Translations under genes and position numbers: made by a program
Shown here: piece after piece, positions 39,117 to 48,672 of the stretch
How the letters are laid out: every line of letters begins with the position of its first letter
Position numbering within the stretch: position 1 is the first letter of the stretch
Assembly: GCA_038831915.1 (NCBI GenBank)
Contig: JAWBKB010000010.1
Location: 1 to 51,764, forward strand
Length of the DNA: 51,764 nt
Direction of reading: 5' to 3'
DNA from: Candidatus Caldarchaeum sp.
GTDB taxonomy: Archaea; Thermoproteota; Nitrososphaeria_A; Caldarchaeales; Caldarchaeaceae
The notes under the pieces: model-generated
What the model saw: only the letters and a program-made list of their open reading frames with translations
What the model was told of the DNA's origin: nothing
Databases searched by the model: none

Positions 39117-39958
39117 CTTCTAACCACTTGCACTGTTGATTCGACGATTTTCGCAGCCAAGTTGTAACCAGTGACCAGCACTGTGTTTCTGAATTCGACG
39201 ACTCCGTTCACTTCGTTCACCAATAGGCCTTTTTCCTTTGATTCGAGGATGTCCACGCCCAATACACCGCCTCCGACGGCATCACCAGCTTTTACGACGA
39301 TTTCTCGGAGTTCATCTGTCACCGGACATGGTTGTGCTCTCCCCCCTAAAGCGGTGTTGGTTTTCCACATTTTACTAACCCTGTAGATCGCGACCGGGAC
39401 TTCACCCCAGACATAGAACGCTCGAATGTCTCGCTCAGGTTTGTCCACATACTCTTGAAGGTAGTGGACTTTCATCATCGGGTTAGGCATATTCTCTCTC
39501 AATTCGAGAATATCGACTAGCGACTGTTCGTCGAAAGCTCTTGCGATGTTTCGACCCCAGCTACCGTAGATGGGTTTGACCACGACGGGAAATCCCATCT
39601 TTTTCGCAATTTCCACCGCTGTTTGTCTTGTTAAAGCGACAGCTGTCATGGGTGCCGGAACGCCTCGGCGAGCCAGCATGCATGAAGTTATTAGTTTGTC
39701 AGCGGTGTTTCGCAGAACGTCGAGGCCGTTCACCACCAAGTTGCCGAACCGCTCCAAAATAGTGGTTGTCGCGAGAGCTCTGCTGTAGCTGACACATCGC
39801 TGGATTACGAAGTCATGTTCATGTCCGTTTCCTTCGTTTATCCAAAATTCCTTACCCACTACGTGCAGCGGCTTAGCGACATGTCCCGCGTCGTTAATCG
39901 CCTGAATGAGTGATTTTTCCTCAAACCGGACGACGTCGTAGGCGAGCCCGATATTCAT
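39113..39958 (-). CDS. lysX: ATP-grasp aminoadipate/glutamate--LysW ligase (LysX/ArgX)
   Basis: RFEEK, QRCVS, KPIYGSWGR, QEYVDKPERDIR, WKTNTALGG, NEVN..EF. Confidence 0.92.
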   Translation of the reverse strand: MNIGLAYDVVRFEEKSLIQAINDAGHVAKPLHVVGKEFWINEGNGHEHDFVIQRCVSYSRALATTTILERFGNLVVNGLDVLRNTADKLITSCMLARRGVPAPMTAVALTRQTAVEIAKKMGFPVVVKPIYGSWGRNIARAFDEQSLVDILELRENMPNPMMKVHYLQEYVDKPERDIRAFYVWGEVPVAIYRVSKMWKTNTALGGRAQPCPVTDELREIVVKAGDAVGGGVLGVDILESKEKGLLVNEVNGVVEFRNTVLVTGYNLAAKIVESTVQVVRR

Positions 39959-39961
39959 CGA

Positions 39962-40138
39962 CTACTGGCCCCAGTCCTCCGCGACCTCTTCAGCTACACG
40001 GAGCATAGGAACGTTTTTTTCATCGACGAAATATTCGAGTTGTGCTCCACATTCACCACATTCAAACAGCTCGCCGGGCAACGCATCAGATGGAACAACC
40101 ATTGAACCGCCGCAGACAGGACAATTCAAGTCTGCCAT
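39962..40138 (-). CDS. lysW: Amino-group carrier protein LysW/ArgW, 58 aa (missing from ORF track)
   Basis: MADLNCPVCGG...ECGECGAQLE...AEEVAEDWGQ*; GGTGA Shine-Dalgarno upstream; directly before lysX. Confidence 0.93.
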   Translation of the reverse strand: MADLNCPVCGGSMVVPSDALPGELFECGECGAQLEYFVDEKNVPMLRVAEEVAEDWGQ

Positions 40139-40258
40139 ACACTTTTCACCTTGCAGTCCGTAGCAAAGGCGTTATTTAAATCGTTACATGCGGGCAAAAA
40201 TCTTGGCAAAAGATTTAACCGGGTCTACGATTTTCGAAAATATTCTACGTTCCCGATG

Positions 40259-41053
40259 TTATCTGATGATGACCGTACCTCTCCCGACGTCGGCGTTACC
40301 GATAGGGTCGTCAACAAGCCCCGAACAGATATGCGCTGAGCCAACTCCGTTTTCGACAGCTTTCGCAGCCATCATCAGCTTCCGATTCATTCCAGCGCCA
40401 ACCTTTTCCGCCAACTCCAAAGCTTCTTGCACGCTCAGCTTCCTCACCACTTCACCGTCAACGATCACGCCTTCAACATCAGTCAATAGATATAGTTTTT
40501 CAGCTTTGACGGCCGAAGAAATCGCTGACGCCGCTGAATCACCGTCAACGTTCAACATCTCCCCTTCGATACCTAATGCAAGAGGTGAAATCACAATCAA
40601 AACACCGATATCTAGGAGTGTTCTAACAAAATCACCATCCACTTCAACTATAGTGCCTGTATAACCTCCGTCGACTACTCTTTTCCTACCTCTTTCATCG
40701 ACTATGACGATTTTCTTTTTACGAGTAGCTTTCAGAACAGATGCGTCTATTCCTGAAAGGTTTACCGCTTTGACTCCCCGGCTGTTAAGGTAAGCCGCGA
40801 TTTCTTTCCCCAGTTTACCCGCCATAACCATCGCGTAAACTTCAATCTCTTCTGAATCAGTCAACCTGCTTCGAACACCCGACGGAGAAACAACTATTTT
40901 CGGCTCGATGCCAAGCCGTTTTTCAAAACTCGAAACTATCTCTCCACCTCCATGAACGAAGATGACTTTCCTGTGTCGATGAAGGGCGACTGAATCGAGA
41001 ATCTTGTCCCGGTTAGAAGCCAGAGCACGTCCGCCGGCCTTGACCACGATCAC
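40259..41053 (-). CDS. lysZ: [LysW]-aminoadipate/glutamate kinase
   Basis: VVKAGG, VHGGG, SPSGVRSR, GGYTG, LNVDGD, GAGMNRK. Confidence 0.92.
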   Translation of the reverse strand: MIVVKAGGRALASNRDKILDSVALHRHRKVIFVHGGGEIVSSFEKRLGIEPKIVVSPSGVRSRLTDSEEIEVYAMVMAGKLGKEIAAYLNSRGVKAVNLSGIDASVLKATRKKKIVIVDERGRKRVVDGGYTGTIVEVDGDFVRTLLDIGVLIVISPLALGIEGEMLNVDGDSAASAISSAVKAEKLYLLTDVEGVIVDGEVVRKLSVQEALELAEKVGAGMNRKLMMAAKAVENGVGSAHICSGLVDDPIGNADVGRGTVIIR

Positions 41054-41086
41054 GGCTCCATTTTTGAATGCGTGATGATTTTAAGA

Positions 41087-42145
41087 TTAGGCAGGCCTGA
41101 GCGGGGGGTTATTCAATCCAGTTTTTTCGTCAAACCCATGCATGATGTTGAAGCACTGAACCGCCTGGCCCGCAGCTCCTTTCATCAAGTTATCTATCGC
41201 CGCAAAGAGAGCGGCTCTGCCAATTCTGTTTTCCACGGCGAACCCAATGTCAGCGAAATTGCTTCCAATTACGTATTTTGGGTCCGGATATTTGAAAGGT
41301 GCTCCGTGCACGATTCTTACGAAGGGTTCTTTTCCGTAGCGGTTTGTGTAAGCTTTCCAAATGGTTGTGTCGTCTATGGTTGTGTACGCGAGCCAGACGT
41401 GAGAGGTCGCCATCGCACCCCGGACGGCTCCGACCGCGTGCGGAACCAAGGCAATACGCAGTCTGCGACCAGCTATAATGGAAAGCTCTTGCTCGACTTC
41501 TGCAACGTGTCGATGTCCTTCCGCTTCATAGGGCCTCATCACGTTGGCCCTTTCGGGATGATGAGTTCCCAGCGATGGTTTGATGCCGGCTTCGCTGCTT
41601 CCAACTTTCACGTCGACTGCGATGTGGTCGAGGTCGATGAGCTTGGTCTCCACCGCTGGTATGAGTGAGAGCAATGCCGCGGTGGAATTGCATCCGGGAC
41701 AAGCGATTAGATTGGCGTTTCTAATTTTTTCACGGTATAGTTCTGGGAGTCCGTAAACGGCTTTTTCAACCAAGTCGGGCCTTGGATGCGTGGTTTCATA
41801 CCATGTTTTGTAATCGTCGAGGTTTTTCAGCCGAAAGTCCGCGCTCAAGTCGATTATTTTGAGCCCATTTTCAAGAAGCCGAGGGGTTAAAGTGGATGAT
41901 ATTCCGTGCGGCGTGTTGACGAAAACGGTTTCGCATTTTTCGACTATCGACTCTATGGATACTTCGCTGAATTTCAGTCCCTTGTAGAATCCGCGGAGTT
42001 GGGGATGAATCGCTGTGAAAGGCTTGCCCGCGTATTCTCTCGAAGTCACGTAAGTTACCTCGACGCGGGGATGAACGGCCAGAATTCTGAGAAGCTCGCC
42101 GCCTGTGTATCCCGAGCCACCAATGACGCCGACTTTCACTGTCAC
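41087..42145 (-). CDS. lysY: [LysW]-aminoadipate/glutamyl-phosphate reductase (LysY/ArgC)
   Basis: GGSGYTGGEL, DLSADFRL, YGLPE, ACPGC, HRHVAE, DNLMKGAAGQA. GTG 42145 is the likely start. Confidence 0.92.
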   Translation of the reverse strand: MTVKVGVIGGSGYTGGELLRILAVHPRVEVTYVTSREYAGKPFTAIHPQLRGFYKGLKFSEVSIESIVEKCETVFVNTPHGISSTLTPRLLENGLKIIDLSADFRLKNLDDYKTWYETTHPRPDLVEKAVYGLPELYREKIRNANLIACPGCNSTAALLSLIPAVETKLIDLDHIAVDVKVGSSEAGIKPSLGTHHPERANVMRPYEAEGHRHVAEVEQELSIIAGRRLRIALVPHAVGAVRGAMATSHVWLAYTTIDDTTIWKAYTNRYGKEPFVRIVHGAPFKYPDPKYVIGSNFADIGFAVENRIGRAALFAAIDNLMKGAAGQAVQCFNIMHGFDEKTGLNNPPLRPA

Positions 42146-42219
42146 AGCGGAGCCACGGAGACTTCGCGTGGGCACCATTTTATAAAGGCTAATACCCACG
42201 CACAGCTGGGAAAACCCAG

Positions 42220-42648
42220 ATGACAGCGTTAGATGACATCGACAGAAAAATTATCGAGCTCCTCAGAAAAGACGCGAGGAGAAAATACACGGATATTGCG
42301 AAAATTTTGAACATTTCTGAGGGTGCGGTTCGCCAACGTGTGAAAAACCTCATCGAGAAAAAGGTAATCAGGTCATTCACCATCGAGTTGGAAAGAGATT
42401 ACGCGGTAAAAGCTGTGACTTTCGTATCTGTTCATCCATCTACACCTACACCCGAAGTTGCCGACAAACTTATCAAAATAGACGGTGTCGACGAAGTTTA
42501 TGAAATAACTGGTGCGAGAGACATCATGGCGATGATCTCTGTTCCCACCATGAGCGACCTTAACAAAACCATAGAGGAAATCAGAAACATTCAGGGGGTA
42601 GATGAGACCAACACCAGCATCGTGCTGAGACAAATTCGGAAAACTTAG
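42220..42648 (+). CDS. lysM: Lrp/AsnC-family regulator (LysM-like), divergent from lysY
   Basis: LDDIDRKIIELL..DAR, SEGAVRQRV, YEITG..DI; genomic context. Confidence 0.8.
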   Translation: MTALDDIDRKIIELLRKDARRKYTDIAKILNISEGAVRQRVKNLIEKKVIRSFTIELERDYAVKAVTFVSVHPSTPTPEVADKLIKIDGVDEVYEITGARDIMAMISVPTMSDLNKTIEEIRNIQGVDETNTSIVLRQIRKT

Positions 42649-43130
42649 TCTATGACCTTAGCACGTGCAAGCATCAGCAACAGTTCATCATATCTGCTGT
42701 CTATGTCGTTCACCGCTGATTCGGGAACCTCCAAATTTACTGGAATCCTGTGTTTCCAGTAATAGCCGTTGTGAACGTTGAGCCTTGTGAAAACGCCGGT
42801 GACCTGCGGTGGGAGACGGTATTTGTGCTTGTTCAGTATGAATTCGACAAAACAAACGCGGTATGCTTTTTCGTGAATGTCGCCGTAGAATGTGTTGAAG
42901 TAAACGTGTAGAGGTGCGTTGCGGCTGTAGGTCTCCCATGTCGTGAATCCTGTGTAATTAGGCATCCATCCTTCGTCGCGTAAAATTTTGTCTTCAAGCG
43001 ATACTGGCCTCTTCCAGCTACTGACCAGAAATCCACGCATTTCTAACGTGGGAACGATGTATCGATGAATAATACCCTGCCGCATCAACTCAATTTTCTC
43101 CTTCAAACTGAGTGTCAACGGACATTCCAC
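42645..43130 (-). CDS. Hypothetical protein
   Basis: 161-aa ORF filling the gap downstream of surE; no motif recognised. Confidence 0.6.
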   Translation of the reverse strand: MECPLTLSLKEKIELMRQGIIHRYIVPTLEMRGFLVSSWKRPVSLEDKILRDEGWMPNYTGFTTWETYSRNAPLHVYFNTFYGDIHEKAYRVCFVEFILNKHKYRLPPQVTGVFTRLNVHNGYYWKHRIPVNLEVPESAVNDIDSRYDELLLMLARAKVID

Positions 43131-43175
43131 CTATTACAGCGTCGATTCCGCTTCAACTTACCCCAAACCCAAGAT

Positions 43176-43994
43176 TCAGACTGGTTTAAAACCTCTGTCT
43201 GTGAGGTGGTTTAGAAACTCAGCCAGCTCGTTCGAATTCAATGTTTCCATAGATGTGGTGTTGGTCTTCATCGGCGATACCGCAACAGCTTTCTCAACGA
43301 AAACAGCATGAGCGTCGGTTCCGGGCTCGAGTTCTTCGAGGAGCCTGCCTTTCAACCAGTAGTATGGCTTCCGGCGCGGGTCGATTCTTTCCTCCACAAG
43401 CTCACGGTATCTCGCCACGGCGGTTTTAGTTAGCATGTAAGGGGTTTCAGGCCGGATATCGTGCGGAAAATTGACGTTGAAATAGTCTACGCCTTTTGGA
43501 AGACCTTTTGTGAGTATGTATTCGACGATCGGTTTCGCCTTGGACGCGGCTATCTTCATCGCCTTTTTGAGGTCTTCGCTCGAAATCAATCCGTCTTCGC
43601 CCAGCGAAAGAGAAAACGCGGTCGCCTTCACACCCATCAAGGAAGCTCTAATGGCTGCCGCCACAGTTCCACTTCCGTAAACCGCTTGAAGCGAAACGTT
43701 GTTACCTTCGTTGATTCCGGAGACAACGATGTCTGGCGGCTCGTCGAAAAGTTTACGCATCGCCATGATTATACAGTCAGAAGGTGTTCCGCTGCACGCG
43801 TAGACAACGGCCCCGCGTATACGGTATTTACGGAGGCGAATGGGTTTATGCAAAGTGATACTCATGCCGACGGCGCTTTTCTCCGATTCGGGTGCTACAA
43901 TCGTCACCTCTCCTAAATCCTTCAACTCCTCGTGCAGGGCCCATAGTCCGGGCCTTCTGAACCCATCGTCGTTTGTGAGCAGGATTTTCTTCAA
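43176..43994 (-). CDS. surE: 5'/3'-nucleotidase SurE
   Basis: ILLTNDDG, GTPSDC, VSGINEGNN, SGTVAAA, NVNFP. Confidence 0.95.
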   Translation of the reverse strand: MKKILLTNDDGFRRPGLWALHEELKDLGEVTIVAPESEKSAVGMSITLHKPIRLRKYRIRGAVVYACSGTPSDCIIMAMRKLFDEPPDIVVSGINEGNNVSLQAVYGSGTVAAAIRASLMGVKATAFSLSLGEDGLISSEDLKKAMKIAASKAKPIVEYILTKGLPKGVDYFNVNFPHDIRPETPYMLTKTAVARYRELVEERIDPRRKPYYWLKGRLLEELEPGTDAHAVFVEKAVAVSPMKTNTTSMETLNSNELAEFLNHLTDRGFKPV

Positions 43995-43996
43995 GA

Positions 43997-44596
43997 CTAT
44001 TCCTTCGGCAACAGCATTTTAGCCAGCTCAGTTCTGAGATATGGTTTCAGCCTTTCAAGACGTGCTTCTAAACTGTTGTCGTACCGTATCGCGCCGTCAA
44101 GTGATACAGCTCTGACACCGGCCTTGATGTTGACTGGAACTTCGGCGACAAAGACTTTGACGGGATATTTTTTGGATTTCACGATTTCCCGAAGCATCGC
44201 AAGCCCGACTTCGTTCGATTCCACCATCAAGTCCCTGCCAAGCAATTCGACAACCTCGTCCAGCAGCTTCGCCATCACAGGTTTGAACTCGGAGTGTTTC
44301 GACTCTTCAACGACTTTTTCCAATACAGCCTCGAAGATTTTTGTGACCTCTTCTTCCACAGCTGCTATCGCCATGTTCTTTGCCTGTATTTCCGCTGTGG
44401 AAAGGATTCTCTGCACTTCCGCCTCACGGGCTTTTCTCCCCGCCTCCTGGATGGTCCGCACTTCCGCCAAGACGTCCTCCTCTGCTTTCGAGACTATCCT
44501 TAGAGCCTCAGCCTCCGCTTCATCCACGGATTTCAACGCCTTAGCCAAAGCTTCTTGGAGGACTTCGTTGACCACTTTAGCGAGTGTCGTGGACAA
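43997..44596 (-). CDS. A/V-type ATP synthase subunit E
   Basis: Coiled-coil N-terminus, C-terminal AGVRAVSLDGAIRYDNSLEARL; follows subunit F. Confidence 0.8.
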   Translation of the reverse strand: MSTTLAKVVNEVLQEALAKALKSVDEAEAEALRIVSKAEEDVLAEVRTIQEAGRKAREAEVQRILSTAEIQAKNMAIAAVEEEVTKIFEAVLEKVVEESKHSEFKPVMAKLLDEVVELLGRDLMVESNEVGLAMLREIVKSKKYPVKVFVAEVPVNIKAGVRAVSLDGAIRYDNSLEARLERLKPYLRTELAKMLLPKE

Positions 44597-44638
44597 GTTT
44601 ACTCATAGCGGTTCTCCGCCAGCCACTTAAAAAAGATG

Positions 44639-44935
44639 TTACACACCCAAAACTGAGCGAAGTAGCTTGCGGTAATCTATTTTTTTAGTTGTGCCGACTG
44701 GTGGTGAAAGCTCGTAAACCAAAGGCGTTGGCTTGCGAACCCTGAGCTCGTTCAGCTCGTCCCTAAATTTCTCCGATAAATCTTCTGAAACGATTATCAG
44801 TCCGACGTCGGGCCTGTTCATCAATTCTTTCACGACTTTTAGACCTTCCTCGGCTGAGTTGACCGCAATTCCTTCCGCTCCGGAAAGCTTGAACCCTGTA
44901 ACGAAAGTTGAGCCACCGACCGCGTAAACCTTCAA
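44639..44935 (-). CDS. A/V-type ATP synthase subunit F
   Basis: VG..TFVTGFKLSG, DVGLIIVSE, C-terminal LRSVLGV. Confidence 0.88.
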   Translation of the reverse strand: MKVYAVGGSTFVTGFKLSGAEGIAVNSAEEGLKVVKELMNRPDVGLIIVSEDLSEKFRDELNELRVRKPTPLVYELSPPVGTTKKIDYRKLLRSVLGV

Positions 44936-44969
44936 GCTAAAACCCTTTGGTAAACGGTTTGATTTAACG

Positions 44970-46127
44970 TTATACGAAAAGCTCTACGGTGTCCCCGTCC
45001 ATCAGCACATGGCTGGGCCCGACCTGCTGGCCTTGAATTTTGACAGATTTGCCCCACACCTTAGCATACTTTAGCTCTTTTGCAATTTCGCGGTGGATAA
45101 CCTCGGCGAGCTCTCCTACCGTGGTTCCCTTCTTCAGAACCACAGGCTTGCGGTTGACCACTCCATCTTTTTGAGTGTATATTCTGATAAGCTCGAGCTG
45201 TTGGAAGATTCTCTCACCCATCTTTCTGTAAGAATCCGGATTTAGCTGCGAAAGCGTGAACAACGGGAGATTCATCTGCTCTACCCGTCGCCATAGAATG
45301 TTTAGGTTTTCTGGCTGGCATCGGTCTGACCGGCCTAAAGCCACCACCGCTTTCTTGAAAACTAACGGCCTGAGAACCTCTTCAACCACTTCATCTATGC
45401 CCGCTTCCCCATAGATTTTGACGACGGCGTTTCTAATGCCGATTTGGTTGAGCTGTTGTTTCAGCTCGTCATAGCTATCTCTGAATTTGCCAAAGACGAC
45501 CAACCTTATTCCACCGCTATCCTTTTTCTCGACGGTAATCTCGTAGTTCTTTACCCCCAACGCCATACCTGAATCGCTGAGCGTTTCGACGATTTTCTCA
45601 AACTGCTGAACCGGGTCATTCGCACCGTCAACCATGATTACTATTAGGTCGGCTGTTCGGGCGGCGGCGAGGCTTCTGCTCGCAAACGGTGTTTCCTCGA
45701 GTTTGGAAGTTATCACGGCTGGGAGCTCGACAATCTTAATGCCTACGTCTTCGTAAAACATCATAGCGGGCACAGGTTTAGTGGTGGTCAACTCGTATTC
45801 ACTCACTTCAGCCTTAGCGTTTGTCACAGCACGGAGAAAAGTGGATTTGCCTGAATTTGCGGCGCCGAGCAAAACCACGGTCGCGGCTCCTTCTTTCCGG
45901 AAAGCAAAAACATCAGTTCGACTTACCTTTGTGGATTTCTTTCTCTCGAGCTCTTTCCTGAGCTTGGCCAGTGTTGTTTTGAGCTGGGCTCGCATCTTTT
46001 CCGTTCCTTTGTGGTCTGGAATGAGCGGTAACGCTTCTTCCAGCGCCTTGATTTTCTCCTCGATGGTTCTGGCTTCCTGATATTTGGCCAGCTTCGCCTG
46101 TGCTTCGGCGGGCAGGTTCGTAGGCAT
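44970..46127 (-). CDS. DRG/Obg-family GTP-binding protein with TGS domain
   Basis: MPTNLP, PDHKGTE, GAANSGKS, LIRIYT, AKVWGKS..GQQVG..H.L.DGD. Confidence 0.88.
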   Translation of the reverse strand: MPTNLPAEAQAKLAKYQEARTIEEKIKALEEALPLIPDHKGTEKMRAQLKTTLAKLRKELERKKSTKVSRTDVFAFRKEGAATVVLLGAANSGKSTFLRAVTNAKAEVSEYELTTTKPVPAMMFYEDVGIKIVELPAVITSKLEETPFASRSLAAARTADLIVIMVDGANDPVQQFEKIVETLSDSGMALGVKNYEITVEKKDSGGIRLVVFGKFRDSYDELKQQLNQIGIRNAVVKIYGEAGIDEVVEEVLRPLVFKKAVVALGRSDRCQPENLNILWRRVEQMNLPLFTLSQLNPDSYRKMGERIFQQLELIRIYTQKDGVVNRKPVVLKKGTTVGELAEVIHREIAKELKYAKVWGKSVKIQGQQVGPSHVLMDGDTVELFV

Positions 46128-46164
46128 TCTATCGGTCAGTTTTCCGCCGCGATGGAATAAATCT

Positions 46165-46710
46165 TTACAAATAGTTTAACAGCAGGTAGACAAAGACGCC
46201 GAGAACAAGGCTGAGACTCCAGCTTCTGACGGCCCATTTTCCAACCGACCTATGTTTTGTTTTTCTGCCGATTTCCTGGACGCTGATGAATGCGCCGGTT
46301 AAAATGTTGTAAACCACCAGTGGAACGGCTGCTATCGACAACCCGAGATGCACAGCCAGCGACGGGAGATAAATAAAGTCACGGATGAATTCCGGTCCCG
46401 TGAACTGTTTGACACCGCCCAGGAAAAGCCTTGTCAGATACATCACCAAAAAAGCCGTAATCAAAAGGAATGAGGCCAGCATGAAGATACGGTGATATCC
46501 GATTTTTCTCCGCTTGATGGTGATGTATCCTCCGACCAAAGTGATTACAGCCGCCGTGTTGACCGCGGCGATGGCATGCGGCAGAATCTCGACTAGCTGG
46601 TTTTTCTCCGACGGCAGTTCGCGTGGAGCAATCAACAGATAGCTCAAAATCGTGTAGGAAAATAGAGTAGCTGCGATTGTCAATACGACGACCAAACCAT
46701 GCCTATCCAT
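46165..46710 (-). CDS. DUF420-family membrane protein
   Basis: LPHAIAAVN, HRIFML, FLVMY, HRSVGKW; four to five TM helices. Confidence 0.8.
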   Translation of the reverse strand: MDRHGLVVVLTIAATLFSYTILSYLLIAPRELPSEKNQLVEILPHAIAAVNTAAVITLVGGYITIKRRKIGYHRIFMLASFLLITAFLVMYLTRLFLGGVKQFTGPEFIRDFIYLPSLAVHLGLSIAAVPLVVYNILTGAFISVQEIGRKTKHRSVGKWAVRSWSLSLVLGVFVYLLLNYL

Positions 46711-48640
46711 GGACACCAGATATCCAGCTCACAATTTAATTTTGGCTTCGAATCACTATTCCGGATTGAAAAAACTGGTTGAAGAGGTCGAACAGCTGCT
46801 TCGACATGCAGGGGTTGGAGACCCGAAAATATCTCTGTCGAAGGAGGCACGATTCGGCGATGTGTCGTCTTCAGCGTCTTTTGATATTGCGAAAACGCAA
46901 GGAAGAAAACCGGTTGAAATCGCCCGCGAACTCGCAGCCAAGATTTCAACCATGCCCATGCATTATGTGAAATACGTTGAGGTTGCTGAGCCTGGTTATC
47001 TGAATTTTTTCGCGAATTGGAATGTTTTGGCCGTCGAAGTGCTTACCCATGCGATAAATGAGAAATCACGGTTCGGCGAAGTTGATTTGGGTCGTGGCGT
47101 CTACGTTTTGGTTGAACATTCGAGCGTCAATCCGAACAAGGCTCTTCACATCGGCCATGCCCGCAACGTCTGCCTTGGTGACAGCTTGGCTCGGCTACTG
47201 GCGAAAACCGGTTACAAAGTTGCTGTTGCCAATTACGTCGACGACAGCGGTGTTCAAATGGCTGAAATTCTTCTCGCCTTCACTCGTTTGGGATACAGCT
47301 TTACACAGCCCCCTGACATGAAATTTGACGAATACTGCGGCAAAATCTACGCGCAGGTCAGCAGACACATAGAATCAAACCCGGAACTTGAAGCGGCGCG
47401 TAGAAAGATAGCGGCGGAACTCGAAAACCCTGAATCAGAGACCTACCGGCTTAACCGTGAAATCGTCGACCGTGTGTTGTTGGAGCAGCTGGCGACATGT
47501 TGGCGAATCGGCGCCCGATACGACGTGTTAAACAAGGAGAGTGATGTCATTTTTTTCGACCTTTGGACTGAAGTCTTCCAGCGTCTAAAAGAATTGAAGG
47601 CGATCTACTTGGCTGAAAGCGGGCCGAAGAAAGGCTGCTGGCTGATTGACCTCAGCGAACATCCGAAACTGAGTAAGGAAGGGAATGAAGTGTTTGTGAA
47701 GAGCGACGGCTCGACCACCTATGTTGCGCGAGATGTTGGATACGCGGCGTGGAAAATCGGCTTGCTCGACAAAGATTTTAGCTACCGTCTTCTTGGGAAA
47801 AATCCCGACGGAACCGATGTCTACATCACCGACCGGAAAGGGACTATTTTTAAACAATTTGGCTCAGCTGCCTTCACCATCAACGTCGTCGACGTAAGAC
47901 AGAAACGTCCGCAAGAAGTTGTCCGCTACGCGTTGCAAAAGCTAGGAGCAGACCCATCCAGATACATACACTACGCCTATGAGGTGGTTTCCTTGAGCAA
48001 GGCTGATGCTCAGAGGCTCAACGTCCAAGTCGAAGAAGCTTCTTTTGTTCACATGAGCGGAAGAGGAGGCATTTACGTCAACGTTGACCCACTTCTCGAC
48101 CACATCAAATCCATAGCTGCTGAAGGCACCCGTCAGCGTCATCCTGACTGGAGCCGAGAAAAAACGGAGATGGTGGGGGAGAAAATAGCGGTCGCAGCAC
48201 TGAGATATTTCCTTCTCCGCTCCGACCCAGACAAAATGATAATCTTCGACAGTGCGGAAGCATCGGACATAGAAGGGGACACAGGGCCCTACATTCAATA
48301 TGCCTACGCGAGAGCAACGCGAATACTCGAGAAATCCGATTCGCATCCCAACCCGACCATGGTTCCAGAAAAAATCGAGCCTGAGGAGATTGAACTCATC
48401 AAGAAGATAGGTATACTGCCGATGGTTTTTGAAGAAGCTGTGAAGAACCTTTCCGTGAAACGGGTTGTGTCATATCTGCGGGAGCTGGCCGTCGCGTTCA
48501 ACGATTTCTACGAGAAATGTCCAGTGCTGACCGCGAACCCCGATGCCAAAGCTTTCCGTCTCGCCTTGGTTGAATCGTTCCGCTCCGCACTTTCTTCAGC
48601 CGCTTCAGTCGTGGGAATTCCGCTGCTCGAAGAAATGTAA
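46709..48640 (+). CDS. argS: Arginine--tRNA ligase
   Basis: EHSSVNPNKALHIGHARN, SDGSTTY, MSGR, GDTGPYIQYAYAR, C-terminal EEM. True start is probably slightly downstream. Confidence 0.95.
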   Translation: MDTRYPAHNLILASNHYSGLKKLVEEVEQLLRHAGVGDPKISLSKEARFGDVSSSASFDIAKTQGRKPVEIARELAAKISTMPMHYVKYVEVAEPGYLNFFANWNVLAVEVLTHAINEKSRFGEVDLGRGVYVLVEHSSVNPNKALHIGHARNVCLGDSLARLLAKTGYKVAVANYVDDSGVQMAEILLAFTRLGYSFTQPPDMKFDEYCGKIYAQVSRHIESNPELEAARRKIAAELENPESETYRLNREIVDRVLLEQLATCWRIGARYDVLNKESDVIFFDLWTEVFQRLKELKAIYLAESGPKKGCWLIDLSEHPKLSKEGNEVFVKSDGSTTYVARDVGYAAWKIGLLDKDFSYRLLGKNPDGTDVYITDRKGTIFKQFGSAAFTINVVDVRQKRPQEVVRYALQKLGADPSRYIHYAYEVVSLSKADAQRLNVQVEEASFVHMSGRGGIYVNVDPLLDHIKSIAAEGTRQRHPDWSREKTEMVGEKIAVAALRYFLLRSDPDKMIIFDSAEASDIEGDTGPYIQYAYARATRILEKSDSHPNPTMVPEKIEPEEIELIKKIGILPMVFEEAVKNLSVKRVVSYLRELAVAFNDFYEKCPVLTANPDAKAFRLALVESFRSALSSAASVVGIPLLEEM

Positions 48641-48672
48641 CACTTAAGGCTGACCTCATCACGCTTTGGGCT

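Noticed and set aside
41072-41100. GTGATGA...CTGA possible C/D sRNA
   Set aside because: Too short (29 nt) and overlaps the lysY 3' end.
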